Origin: Octopus bimaculoides
Lineage: Eukaryota
Direction: 5' to 3'
NCBI RefSeq assembly: GCF_001194135.2
Contig: NC_068982.1
Coordinates: 83,664,501 to 83,699,326, forward strand
DNA: 34,826 nucleotides
Part shown: piece by piece, positions 11,601 to 23,292 of the stretch
Layout: each line of letters begins with the position of its first letter
How positions within the stretch are numbered: the stretch's first letter is position 1
Notes under the pieces: generated by a model
What the model was told of the DNA's origin: nothing
Seen by the model: the letters and a program-made list of their open reading frames with translations, nothing else
The model's database searches: none
Position numbers and translations under genes: made by a program

Positions 11601-12146
11601 ACAGTTTGAATCCCCTCCTGACTTTCTTTCATCATAACTTTTTACAAAAAATTTTAATGAAATCTTAAATTTCAAGGTTGTAGTTTACATTTTTGTTCAT
11701 CTTTTTTAAAAAAGAATTTCAAATTGTTCTCCTGGTTTTGTTCCTCATAACTGCCTTTGAAATGCAAAAATATGTTCCTGTGGGCATAGATAACAATTAT
11801 GTAGATAAAATTAAAGAAAAAATGCTCATGTTTTGGAAATTGATGGAAAGAAAGTTGGGGAGTTCCCAAATTCATCTTCTAATTAGTTATATGTTTAAAT
11901 TTTATCAACATAACCAAAATGTACAATGGTGAAATTGCAAACAAGCAAAATTTCATTAAAAACATATACATTGAGAAAATAAACCTGAGAGGGAAAGAGA
12001 AAGAATGACCTAAAATTCCTTTAAAATATTCTTTTTAATTTCAACAACATAATCATACACCTTGAAAATGCATCTCTGCAAACTTCCATTGCAAAATATA
12101 TGCATTTTTCGCAAAGTCATGAAAAAATATAACTGAAGGAGACTCT

Positions 12147-12183
<37 letters not shown>

Positions 12184-12264
12184 CCCATGAAATTAAACAT
12201 GAGAATATTCTCTGTTTAAAGGTCTATTTTTCCAAAACAACCAGTAATATGTTTTGTTTGTCAT

Positions 12265-14487
12265 TCATCATCATCATCATTGCTTAATGCCCGTTTTTCA
12301 TCCTAGCATGGGTTGGATCGTTTGACAGGAACTAGCCAGCCTGAGAGCTGTCCAAGTTCCAATTATCTGTTGTGGCATCGTTTCTACAGTTGGATACCCT
12401 TCCTAATGTCAACCACTTTACAGAGTGCATTTTACATAGCAGTGGCACCTGTAAAGAACTTGCCTGTATGCATGGATGACTGCAATTTTACTTAGCATGA
12501 TGCATCTTCCTGAGTACAGCAAATCGCCATAACTCCTGGTCACTTGTCATTTCCTCAATGAGGCCTAGCATCTTAAGATCTTTTCTCGACACTTCATCCC
12601 ACATCTTCCTGCATCTACCCCTTCAATATGTTCCCTCTACAATAAGAGATTGACACTCCTTGACACATATATCCTCATCCATACACATCAAATGACCAAA
12701 CCAGCACATTCTTCTCTCTTGCACACAACATCTAATGCCTCTTATACCCAATTTTCCTCTTAAATCATTTACACACTGACATTACCCATCCAGCAGAGCA
12801 TACTAGCTTCATTTCTTTCAAGCCTTAACAAGTCCTCTATAGTCACAGCCCAGGTTTCACTGCCATGTAGCATGGCTATATGTACACACATCATACAATC
12901 TGCCTTTCACTCTGAGGAAGAGGCCCTTTGTTACCAACAAAGGTAGAAGCTCTCTGAACCTTGCCCAGCCCGTTCTTATTCTAACAACTATGCTTTTGCC
13001 TTTTCTCCTCCACTGCTAACTCAGTTGCTTAGGTAATAGAAGTCATCTACCAGGATTTGAAGAAGTCTATTGTCTGCACATTTTTAGTGCTTCTTGTACC
13101 CAAACATTTACCACACACAAAGTCTATTTTCTCTGTTAGCCTTCTTGCGATACAACTACACCTCATGTGTCCAAAGCTTGCAGTGAGGAGAGCATAGAGA
13201 GTTTCTACCAACATCCTTCTTACATATCAAGGAGGGACTTGTGATTTGTCTGTCTTCCTACAGGCTAGGACTTTGGTTTTTGCTAAATTAAATCTAATGC
13301 CAACTTTCATCTAACTGACAGCATCCCTGTACATGGCTTGTACAGCTCTCACTAACCACTCATTTTTCCCTAGTTTCTGCATAGACCACCAGATAAAGGA
13401 GCTGGTAATCCTGTCAAAGGCTTTCTCCATGTTGACAAAAGCCAGGTATAGTGGTTTATTTTTGGCTAAATACTTCTCCTACAGTTGCCTAACCAGGAAT
13501 ATAGTTTCGGTCGTACTTCTCCCAGGAACAAAACCATACTGCATCTCATCTATGCTAACTCTTTCCTAATTAGTTGAGGTATAACCCTCTCTGTAACTTT
13601 CATTACCTGGTCCAACAGTTTGATACTTCTGTAATTATTTCTGTCTAAGGCGATCACCTTTACCTTTGTAGCAGTTGACTATGGATATGACTCTCTTGTG
13701 GACAACCTGACTAGGCCATATCCCACTCTGCAAAATATTTTAAACATCTCAGTAATGATTCCTGATGGGCCAAGGGCTTTCCCTGTTTTCATATCCTTAA
13801 CTGCTTTATCTACTAAGCTACTGTCAATCTGAATAGCTGGTCCCTCAGTTGGGTCTATATTAGGCAGACTCTCCTTCTCCCATGCATTCTCCACATTTAA
13901 CAGCCTTTCATAATGGCATTTCCAAGCCTCTTTCTTTGCAGAATTACTGCAAGCGAACCATCATCCATGCGGACACGTTTCTCTTCTATGACATCAGGAT
14001 CTTCTCTCACACACTGTCTTGCAATCCAAAACTCTTCAAGCCTCTAGCCCTCGCTCTACAGAAGATTGGCTAACTTCTTCTTTTCTACTTCTCCCCTGGC
14101 TAAATATACCTATTTCCAGGCCTCCCTTCTGGCTATCTGATACAGTTCACTGCTACCACCACACTTCCAGTCATTCCAGGCCAGTTTCTTCTCTCTAATG
14201 GCCCTGTCAACTATACTATTCCACCATCATGTCACCTTGGGTTGAAAAGAGACTTTTCACCAGCCACAAATTTGGTCAGTGGCCTTCAACAACTTGTCCT
14301 GTAGGAACCTCCAGTAGTCCTTCATGGTATATGTTGCAATATTCTCCTCTTTTTCGTCAAATGCTTCAAGTCACATGTCTCTCAATCTCTGTCCATTCAG
14401 AGGATCCTTAAGCTTCCAGACCTTTCTTTTCCACCCTTGTCTTCTTAATGGCCTTCAAGCCCTGATTCTGAAGTCGCTAATAACAAT
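12265..14487 (-). mobile_element. Older, internally deleted RTE LINE copy
   Basis: (CAT)n tail at 12265, 3' UTR, and degraded RT/linker (KDMKTGKALGPSGII) with many stops. Confidence 0.85.
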
Positions 14488-14914
14488 GCTATAGAGCTTG
14501 ATAATATGTGTTGTGTGCTTGTGTATGTGAAATTCCGTCATTTAAAAGGAACAGTGCTTTATTTTAATTTTTTTTTTTTTTTTCGCTTTTTCAATATAAA
14601 CTATGGTGTTAAGGGAAAATTTACAACAAAATTTACAGTTTCAACTCCAGCCACTATAGAATTCTTTCACTTTCCCTTACCTCATTTAATATCTCCAAAT
14701 ACCACTCACTTTTTCACCATCTGTTGTATTAGTCTTCTACCATCAAGTGTGCCAACAAACAAAAGCACATTTATGTTTTATATGTGATTATTTCAATCTT
14801 TCATAAATTTCCTGAGAAAGATGAAAAGAGAGAAAAAGAGTCACCCTGTGCCACTCCCACCCCTATGAAAATGGAAGCTATGATGGTGACAATGAAGACA
14901 AAAGAAATTCTTAC

Positions 14915-15030
14915 TTGAGTTTTCCAGCATATTCTAATTCAATTGCACACCTTTCCTTCAAAAAATGTGTGTATTTTTCACATACTTCAATACCTTTACA
15001 AGTGTGGGATGATATATTTTCATATTGGTC
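14915..15030 (-). CDS. FNBP1L: Internal exon of a CIP4/FNBP1/TOCA-1 family F-BAR protein gene (equivalent to vertebrate exon 2)
   Basis: Acceptor ...tttctaattacag, donor AA|gtaaga, 116 nt. It translates DQYENISSHTCKGIEVCEKYTHFLKERCAIELEYAGKL(K/R), matching human FNBP1 [39 protein letters not shown] with, as I recall, the same boundaries and phases (0/2). The paralog assignment is nominal. No other exon was confidently found. Confidence 0.88.
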
Positions 15031-16727
15031 CTGTAATTAGAAACATACGTACAAGAATTATAAAACTGAAGTAAAATAATATAGGAAATATAAGAAAAGA
15101 ATTCTAAAGTATAACTTTATTGCTACTAACAGATATTCATTTCTGATATTCTATCAATATTCAAAATGCTAACTACCTGAACAAAATTAAGCAATCATGA
15201 AGTGGACTTGTAACCTTACTATATGAGCACTTTACTTAAATTTTTAAATGTATTTCTGGAACATTTATCAGTAAATTTCTGTGATATAAAATAGGCCATT
15301 ATCAAAAGCAAACATTGCAAAACTTTTTCTTTTTATCAAAAGCCATTAACCTACTTATAAAAACTGCCAAATGAAATTTGTAAACTGATAAAGAAATAAT
15401 AGAACATTTACTGCAAGGAGGATTGTCATAAGTAGTTTAGAAAGTAATAGCTTATATCAACTACCAGTTCTCAACAGCCATCCAATCTGTTAGAGATAAG
15501 TTATGTCATCCTCCAAACAAACCTTACAGTCTTCAATAAAGGATGTATAAGACAATGTAGTCCCTGATATACAAACAGGAAGAAAATGGTCATGATTGTA
15601 TTGTATTTGACCTGCTCAATCAGGAATGAGGTGGGTTCCACAATAATATTCATTAAAAAGATGAACAATATGAAACAGGGTTTTATGATAATTGTAGCAC
15701 AATGAATATGACCTACTTAGTATTCAATTCAAATCCTGAAAGATACACCCCACCCATTATTTTTTTCTTATTTATTAACTCACAAAACAGTTCTCTACCA
15801 TAAATGAATGCAACAACTGTCCTGACTGTATGTAATCACAATCAAATAGTGTTGTTGTTTTGACTAAAAAAAATGGAACTAAGAATTCTTATGTATGAGA
15901 AACAAAGTTCTGCCTCATTTTAGAAAGAACTTCTTGTCAACAAACTTCCTGCTTGCACCATGTACATTTTTTCTTCTTTTTAGCATTTTATCATGTAAAT
16001 TTCTCTGGATTTGTCTTCCTTCAACTTTCAAGCATAATATGTCAAGCAGGGAGTTAGAATTTGGTGATATGATTTATTATATTTTTTTTATTTATTAATG
16101 ATTTACTTAGAGAAAGAAAGTGTTAATTGGAAAAAATAATTAATATTTCAATGTCAGTTGTAAGCACAAGGTATCTACATGATATCTGAATTTATCAATT
16201 CTGTGCAGGAGTAGAACCATCACAAAGTTGATATTACATCAATGTTTTCTTTCAAGATAGGGTTAGTAAATGGTAAGGATTAACAAGAAACAATATACTG
16301 ATATATTTTAAATGCAGGGTTTCTGCATACTAGTAAGTTTATAAGGAGAGAATAATTATTGCAATAGAATAAATAACACTAACAATTTGTTGAGCCTTAC
16401 AAAACTTCTGAACGGAGGAGATGAAGATATATTTTGGAATGCTTCTTCTAATGGTAGTTGTGCAACTTTCAAGTTATAGAAGCTAGATGGGCTTTTCTGA
16501 TATAAAGTAAGTCATTATCAAAAGCAAACATTGCAATATTTTTATCCTTATAACAAAAGCCATCAAACTATTTACAAAAACTAACAAATGTGTGTAATCA
16601 TAAAATTAGTAAACTGATAAGTTTGCCAATAAAATGGAGTACAAATTCAGCTCTGAAATATGAAATTGATGCCCAGAAATTAATGCCATGTAAATATATG
16701 CAAAAACCTACATATATATAGACACAT

Positions 16728-17128
16728 GAGTGGCTGTGTGGTAAGTAGCTTGCTTACCAACCATATGGTTCCATCTTCAGTCCCACTGCATGGCACCTTG
16801 GGCAAGTGTCTTCTACTATAGCCTCAGGCTGACCAAAGCCTTATGAGTGGATTTGGTAGACAGAAACTGAAAGAAGCCCGTCGTGTATATATGTGTGTGT
16901 GTGTGTATGTTTGCCCCCCCCCCAACACACACACATACACACAACATCACTTGACAACCGATGCTGGTGCCTTTACATCTCCATAACTTAGTGGTTTGGC
17001 AAAAGAGACTGATACAATAAATACTAGGCTTACAAAGAATAAGTCCTGGGGCTGATTTGCTCAACTAAAGGTGGTGCTCTAGTATGGCCACAGTCAAATG
17101 ACTGAAACAAGTAAAAGAATAAAAGAAT
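16728..17128 (+). mobile_element. Full-length tRNA-derived octopus-type SINE (head - internal microsatellite - tail)
   Basis: Head GTGGCTGTGTGGTAAG...TTCAGTCCC has A/B-box-like motifs; internal (TA/TG)n; 3' tail ...GACTGAAACAAGTAAAAGAATAAAAGAAT. Confidence 0.85.
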
Positions 17129-17659
17129 ATCAATTTACTTGTATTAAACCTATCCTGGCAGGGGAAATTGATGTGACAACAGTTGAAAATCAACAGCAGG
17201 TAAAAACTACATACACAATGTATGCCTATATTCAAAATATTTTATCAGCAATGTCATCCGCATTGATGCAATAGTTATATTTGTATGATATTTTATACTG
17301 GACTGACAGTATTTCATCAAATTTTCTAGTTTTTAATTGGATTAGAAGATTTATATAGAGAAAGTACCATCATCAAGAAAAGAGTGAAAATGAATATTTT
17401 AAAGAAAGACACATTTAAGCAGATGAGTTTAATATGTAAAAGACTCTAAAATTTATTTCTAAAATTCTTAAGTGCTTCTAATTCATTTTCAGAAAATATC
17501 TCTATACATTTCTCGTGATTGACAATAAAAGTATCAAATAGTTATTAGTATGAGTTAGGGAACATGCTTAAGAACAAACATTATGCAATGGCTGTCGTTA
17601 GCAGATGTTGCAGGTTAGTGCAATCCTCAGGCTCACTGGCTCCTGCCATATTGTCTATT

Positions 17660-17695
17660 TTCCAGCATGGAAAATGGATGTTACATGATGATGAA
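17660..17695 (+). mobile_element. Short RTE 3' tail
   Basis: CCAGCATGGAAAATGGATGTTACATGATGATGA. Confidence 0.6.
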
Positions 17696-19118
17696 ATATA
17701 ACAGGATTATCAGTTTTGTAGTCCCAAAGACTACCCTTTCCTTTACAGTCAAACAGTGCAACTTTTGACTCTCTCACTATAGGGATGTGTTCTAATCTCT
17801 ACAATGTGTTCTATTTCCAAGACAGATGTCTACATTCCAATGGAGGAGCTGTGTTTCTGAGTTAGAGACCAGCACTTTCTGTATTGGAAAAAAAAATAAT
17901 AAATAAATCTAATGTTATATATTATCAAAAGGGGGCATCCTGTAGGGAGACAGTATGTCAGTACTATTTAAACTTATCATTCCTGTTCATAAAAGTTTTT
18001 ATAGAAATGGGTACACTAAATACAAAACACCTCTCACTTTTCCTTCAGAAACAATCTAAAGTCAAAAAGAAATTGAATCTCATCACTCAATATTCCATAG
18101 TCATAGGAATTAAATATGATGAGTCAAAATGCATAACATTGATGGTAAGACAATGAAAATGTGTGCCTTGCCATAAAGACAAATATGAACAGCCTGAAGG
18201 TGCAACTAGCATAGTAAGTATGATGGATCCATTACCAAGGAGAAGACAAGAAATGAATACCTAAGGAGAGCAAAGAAAAATGGTCATGAGAACTCTCAGC
18301 CTATGATAAGCATATTGCATGCAGTATTTTTGCAGTACCTAGCCTAATACCTACATCTGGTCTTCTGAATTGGTCACTATAAGGACTTAAGACAGATGCA
18401 TGAACTCAGAAACAGTTTGGTGTTACTGGAAATTTCAACATCAGTAGGAATGTAGAAACTATATTTTATATACAAGGAGGATGGCTGTGACCTTAAATTT
18501 ACTTCAACACCATGAAGTAAAGATTGTATGCAATACAAAAGCATCATCTGCAACAAACAAAAAAGAACACCAGCTATTTAGCTCAAGTTTTGTAAACTTG
18601 AGAGAAATAGCTGCTGAAAATATTAGGATATTTATCTTAATTTGTTGTACAACACAGTACAACATGAAACTGCATTGGTCAGCCAGTCCTGAAACACATC
18701 ATATCACAAGAACCAGGCTAACTTTGTTTACTTTGAAGGAAGCGAGGAATTCTCTAATGTTAAGAGAAAGCTCAATCTTTTCTTCTACCACTGACTTATG
18801 TTCTGAAATAGACTCATTACAGGACTGACTTTCTGACTTAGAAAATTTTCAAGACGATGTTAAGAGTTTACTTAAGGAGAAACATGAAATAGACTGGCAC
18901 TAATCTCTACCCACAGAATATAAGAAAATCCCACTTAACAAAAATGGAAAAATATTCCAGTTCACTGAGTACTTGAAACAAAAACCACTAATAGAAAGAA
19001 TAAGCCACACTAAAAGCCTAGCATGATGTACCAAAAAGTTTATAAGATTTCACCTTCAAGGTTGTCTCCAAACAATCCTGGATGACAAAAAGAAATTCCT
19101 ACCAAGTATCTTCTAAAC

Positions 19119-20535
19119 CAGTGTTTCCCAACAAGGGGTGTGGGAAAATTGGGGTGGGGCATGCATTAGCGTGGGTTGTGAAAATTTTTGCAAGTGACTT
19201 GAGTGCACACTAGTCGACCCTAAGCCTATCTTTGAACATTGAAATGGAAAAAAAAACATGGCCATGCAATATCTACACTTAAACAATAGGAACTGATGTA
19301 GTTATGACCAATCAGTGTACCAAGTGAGGTATCTGCATTTGTTAGGCGTTTGTTTCTCTGTTTCAATAACTATTGTCCAGTGTCAAGTGTTTATAAAAGC
19401 AGCAGTCAACTCCACTCATTATTGCTGAGTGATGTTTCAAATCCCTTTCTTTCTATGCTAAACAAAAATCGTCATCTTCATTGCTTCATCACCTTCTTGG
19501 ATTTGTGTCAGCCCTTTTTAAAATGAGTAAACAAAACAAGAAGACCCATCAATATTCGGTGGAGTTTTTTTTTTTTTTTGTTGAAGTTTGGGTTTATTCC
19601 CAATGTGCATAATGAGCGTAAACCATTCTGCCTATTATGTCATCAGAAAATGAGCAATGAAAGCAGGCAGGCTAAAAGCACACTTGAGGATAAGACATCC
19701 CAACAATTCTAATTCAGATTTAGAGTACTTCAAATCACTGAAAGAAAATTTTGAAAACCAAACAAAACTCACTTCACTATTTGCTGCACAACATGCGTCC
19801 CACACTTGTGCCAGTTATGAAATCTCCCTGCTTATAGCAAAATATGGAAAGAATCACACTATTAGAGAGCAACTGATTAAACCAGCTATCTCAATATTTT
19901 TAAAAACTGTACAACAAAAAGATGATAGAAATGTCAGGGCCATGCCACTCAGTAGTAATGCTGTCTCCAACAGAATTGATGAAATGGGGCAAGATGTTGA
20001 AAATCAGCTTATTGAGACATTAAAATCATAAAAATTCTCATTACAAATAGATGAATCCACATTTTGGGGCAGTGAGGCGTTGTTATTAACTTATGTGAAA
20101 TATACTGAGTATGAGGTTTTTCAGGAAGAGATGTTGTTTTGCGAATCACTGGAAACAACCACAATTGCAAAGGATATTCACAGCAAACTTAAACATTATT
20201 TGGATGCGAACAAAATACCAAAAGAAAACTTATGGTCATGCACCTGCTATGATGGGCAAGAAAACGAGATGCTTAAAAATGATGAAGGATGAAAATCCAA
20301 ACATGTTGACTGACCATTGCGTCATACACCGAGAAATCTTGGTTGTCAAGAAACTGTCCCCTGTTCTTAACTAGAATCTACCAGTTGTGATCAAGAGTGT
20401 CAATAGCATTAAAGTAAATCCCAAAGCCGAATGTCTTTTTAAGCATGTTTGTGTAAATCAAAGTGCCAAGGATATTCAATTATTGCTTCATACAAAAGTA
20501 AGGTAGCTATCAAGTAGAAATTGCTTAATAAGGTT
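19119..20535 (+). mobile_element. hAT (Charlie/Buster-type) DNA transposon, 3'-truncated
   Basis: Left TIR CAGTGTTTCCCAAC at 19119, preceded by the 8-mer TTCTAAAC that resembles the Charlie NTCTAGAN target preference, followed by a transposase pseudogene. Confidence 0.85.
19523..20535 (+). pseudogene. ZBED5/SCAND3-like Buster transposase pseudogene
   Basis: MSKQNKKTHQYSVE..KFGFIP..PFCLLC (BED finger), YEISLLIAK..HTI.EQLIKP, PLSSNAVSNRIDEM, FSLQIDEST (first catalytic D), HCVIHRE (CxxH), LLLHTKVR*LS; multiple stops and frameshifts. Confidence 0.9.
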
Positions 20536-20968
20536 CCCACTACCTTTCCTCAGTCATCAGCCAGCCTTGGGTTTGCTATGAGCTTTTTCCCTATTCATTT
20601 CTTGATGTTGCTCATCCAATCTCTCTATACTTTTTATATACCTTTTTTTACTAAAAGTTTGTCTGTACATGAGTTGATAGTGAAGCATAAAAATATTGCT
20701 CCAATAATGTAGGTATTTGCCACTAACTTCATGATATTTTTTCATTGCTAACGCTTCCAGCAGAATTAAGAATAAAGATGAATAGAGAAGACAAATCTGC
20801 AAAACTGTCCAATGCACACAAATATTGGTATAAAACAATGACAATGATAGTTGTGCACTATGTTATACCTCTAAGTGCAAAAATGGAATTATGAGAAGCT
20901 CCAAATTAGAAAAGAAAAGAAAAAAGAAATTTTTATTATCATCAAAATACCAAACAAATTCCGTTCTA

Positions 20969-21508
20969 GAGAAAGCCTTCGGCAGTACCTTGATCTGTGA
21001 TATGGTAGTCTCTGAGGAAACTAAGGATAGACAAATGGCTTGCGAAAGCAGATCAAGCCACATATAGGATTGTATTAGGATGGTAAGAGTTGGCCATGGG
21101 TACAGTGATAAATTTGGTGTACAAGTAGGTGTCCACCAGCAGTCAGTCCTCAGTCCCCTCCTATTCATCATCGTCCTTCAGGTCATAACAGAGAGATTTA
21201 AGACTGGAAGCCCATGGGAACTACAACATGCTAAGGATCTTACCCTCATAACAGAATCTGTAACAAAATTAGAAAAGAAATTCCAGGTGTGGAAACAGAA
21301 CCTGGAATCAAAGGGTTTTAAGATAAACTTAGCAAAGACCAAGCAAGAATGGATAGACTCCTTCACCCTTCCAGTAAATGGCCCTGCTCAATATGTAGGA
21401 AGGGTGTAGGCATTCCATTTGGTATACCCATTGCAAACTATGGATACACAAGAAGATTATATGTGGAAGATGTATGGAAGCCATAAAGACCACAGACACA
21501 TGGGAAAC
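20969..21508 (+). mobile_element. Degenerate RTE RT fragment
   Basis: VGVHQQSVLSPLLFIIVLQVITERFKTGSPWELQHAKDL. Confidence 0.85.
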
Positions 21509-21512
21509 AGTA

Positions 21513-21670
21513 CATCATCATCATCTTTGTTTAACGTCCATCTCCATGCCAAATCAGACTGGTGCAGCCAGTCTGGAGTCTGGTACAGACTTCCAGCTTG
21601 CTAGCCCTGGTCAAACCATCTAACTCATGCCAGCATGGACAAGAGACGTTAAATGATGATGATGGTGATG
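21513..21670. mobile_element. Two RTE 3' ends joined head-to-head
   Basis: Left (CAT)n-TTTAACGTCCATCTCCATGC is a minus tail; right GCATGGACAAGAGACGTTAAATGATGATG is a plus tail. Confidence 0.8.
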
Positions 21671-22254
21671 TACAGAAGTGTTAAAATAAATGAAGTAGCT
21701 GTACGATGTGTACAACACTGCAAATGCTCTGAGAAAAGCTAGGTACACAGACTCTTGCATACAAAAGAGATTTGGTAGAAATATAAGATGAATAAAGTAA
21801 ACATTTTTACTTCAAGATGAAGAAACAAAACATATTGCTTTCTGTTTTGAATGTCTGGATTCACAGGTTGATATTTGAGTTTAATGAAATAGAACTGATA
21901 TGAAAAGAATTTTGTAAATATGTATTGAGGAAACTTCTATTCAAAAGAATTGCCAAAACAAAAATAGATAGATACAAAAATAATAAGCAATGTAAAGAAA
22001 ATGTGAATACTACATGGAAAGAACAGTCTTGGTGACAGTAAAGTTTACAGAGCAATTGTGAAGTTCATAACAGCAAGCTAAACCAACAGTTAGGTCTCAA
22101 TATCACTGAGGATCTAACCTGGTAAAAGCACATCCTTAACATAGTTAGGATCGTATCTCAATGACTGACCCATCTCTTCAGGGCCATGAGATACTTAAGT
22201 CCCCACCCCACCCCATCCCAAGAAACAATTATAGCATTATACTAAGCTTAGATG

Positions 22255-22720
22255 AAACCAACACTGGAGTATCACTCTCATACCTGGGAAACATCCTAGA
22301 CCATATTCATTAAAAAGCCACTTGAATGACTAACACTCATAGACATACTCCATTCTCTGAGGGGCTGAGTGAAACTGTTAAATTCCAAATCAGAGTTGAT
22401 TTCCTCAGGTCTCCAGCAAAGGAAATCCCTTCAAAAATTCAAGCTGCCAACTAGATAATACTCAGTATGCTCCTAATCATTCCTGAAAATGTGCACACAT
22501 TTGCCCTCTGCCATGCCAATAAACTGTTCACTGCACCAGTACTACATATCATTCTTTACAAGAATCCACTTATACAGGATCCAACCTTTACAGCTGTCAC
22601 CACTTGGAACCACTATCACCTCTTCACAAGGGTGTTTGTACACTACAGCTTTGGAAGCCAATGCATCCACAGTTCACTACAGTCTGGGAAATTGTACAGT
22701 TATCTCCTGGACTTTATATC
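22255..22720 (+). mobile_element. Highly degenerate CR1/L2-like LINE RT 3' end
   Basis: KPTLEYHSHTW resembles RPxLEYCSHIW, and TTWNH...VFVHYSFGS resembles WNSLP..VFP.SY. Confidence 0.45.
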
Positions 22721-22902
22721 ACAACTTATATGAGGTACTTTAATCATACCTTAATCTATCAAAACTATTTGTGTGTAGTTGAACCTTTTTCTTCACATAT
22801 CAATTTTCTGCATCTTTTTCTTATTTCTTTAGCCTATTATTGTTTATATATGTGTGTATCATATCTATTTCTTTTATATGTTATTTGACCTTACTTTATA
22901 TA

Positions 22903-23112
22903 TTTACTCTTTTACTCGTTTCAGTCATTTGACTGCGGCCATGCTGGAGCACCGCCTTTAGTCGAGCAAGTCGACACCAGGACTTATTCTTTGTAAGCCT
23001 AGTACTTATTTTATCGGTCACTTTTGCCGAACTGCTAAGTTACGGGGACGTAAACACACCAACATCGGTTGTCAAGCAATGTTGGGGGGGACAAGCACAC
23101 ACACAAACATAT

Positions 23113-23158
<46 letters not shown>
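22903..23158 (-). mobile_element. 3' half of SINE ending in internal (TA)n (split by the PLE)
   Basis: Reverse complement of the 16920-17128 tail module; (TA)n at ~23125-23158. Confidence 0.88.
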
Positions 23159-23161
<3 letters not shown>

Positions 23162-23207
23162 TAATAACAATAAATGGAGCAAAACGCATATAAATAAAAG
23201 TTCCATT

Positions 23208-23292
23208 AATTCCTACACGTTTCAAAATATATGAGAGCTCTTCTACAAAGAAGAGCTGCTGGAATTCCACATATATTCATCTTCAGGGAATC
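23208..23292 (-). ncRNA. Type I minimal hammerhead ribozyme motif at the PLE 3' end
   Basis: The minus strand reads GATTCC-CTGAAGA-T-GAATATATG...AGCTCTTCT ttgt AGAAGAGCT...CATATATTT-T-GAAAC-GT-GTA-GGAATT. This gives core CUGANGA/GAAA, 6-bp stem I, 9-bp stem II plus a 9-bp hairpin, minimal stem III and a GUA cleavage triplet. Confidence 0.8.

Noticed and set aside
11672-11875. Lys/Glu-rich minus-strand ORF as candidate F-BAR exon 3
   Set aside because: No convincing match to the expected LxKxYQPKK..EEE sequence, and splice sites are poor.
18481-18828. 115-aa plus-strand ORF
   Set aside because: No recognisable motif and no splice support; likely chance or very old repeat.
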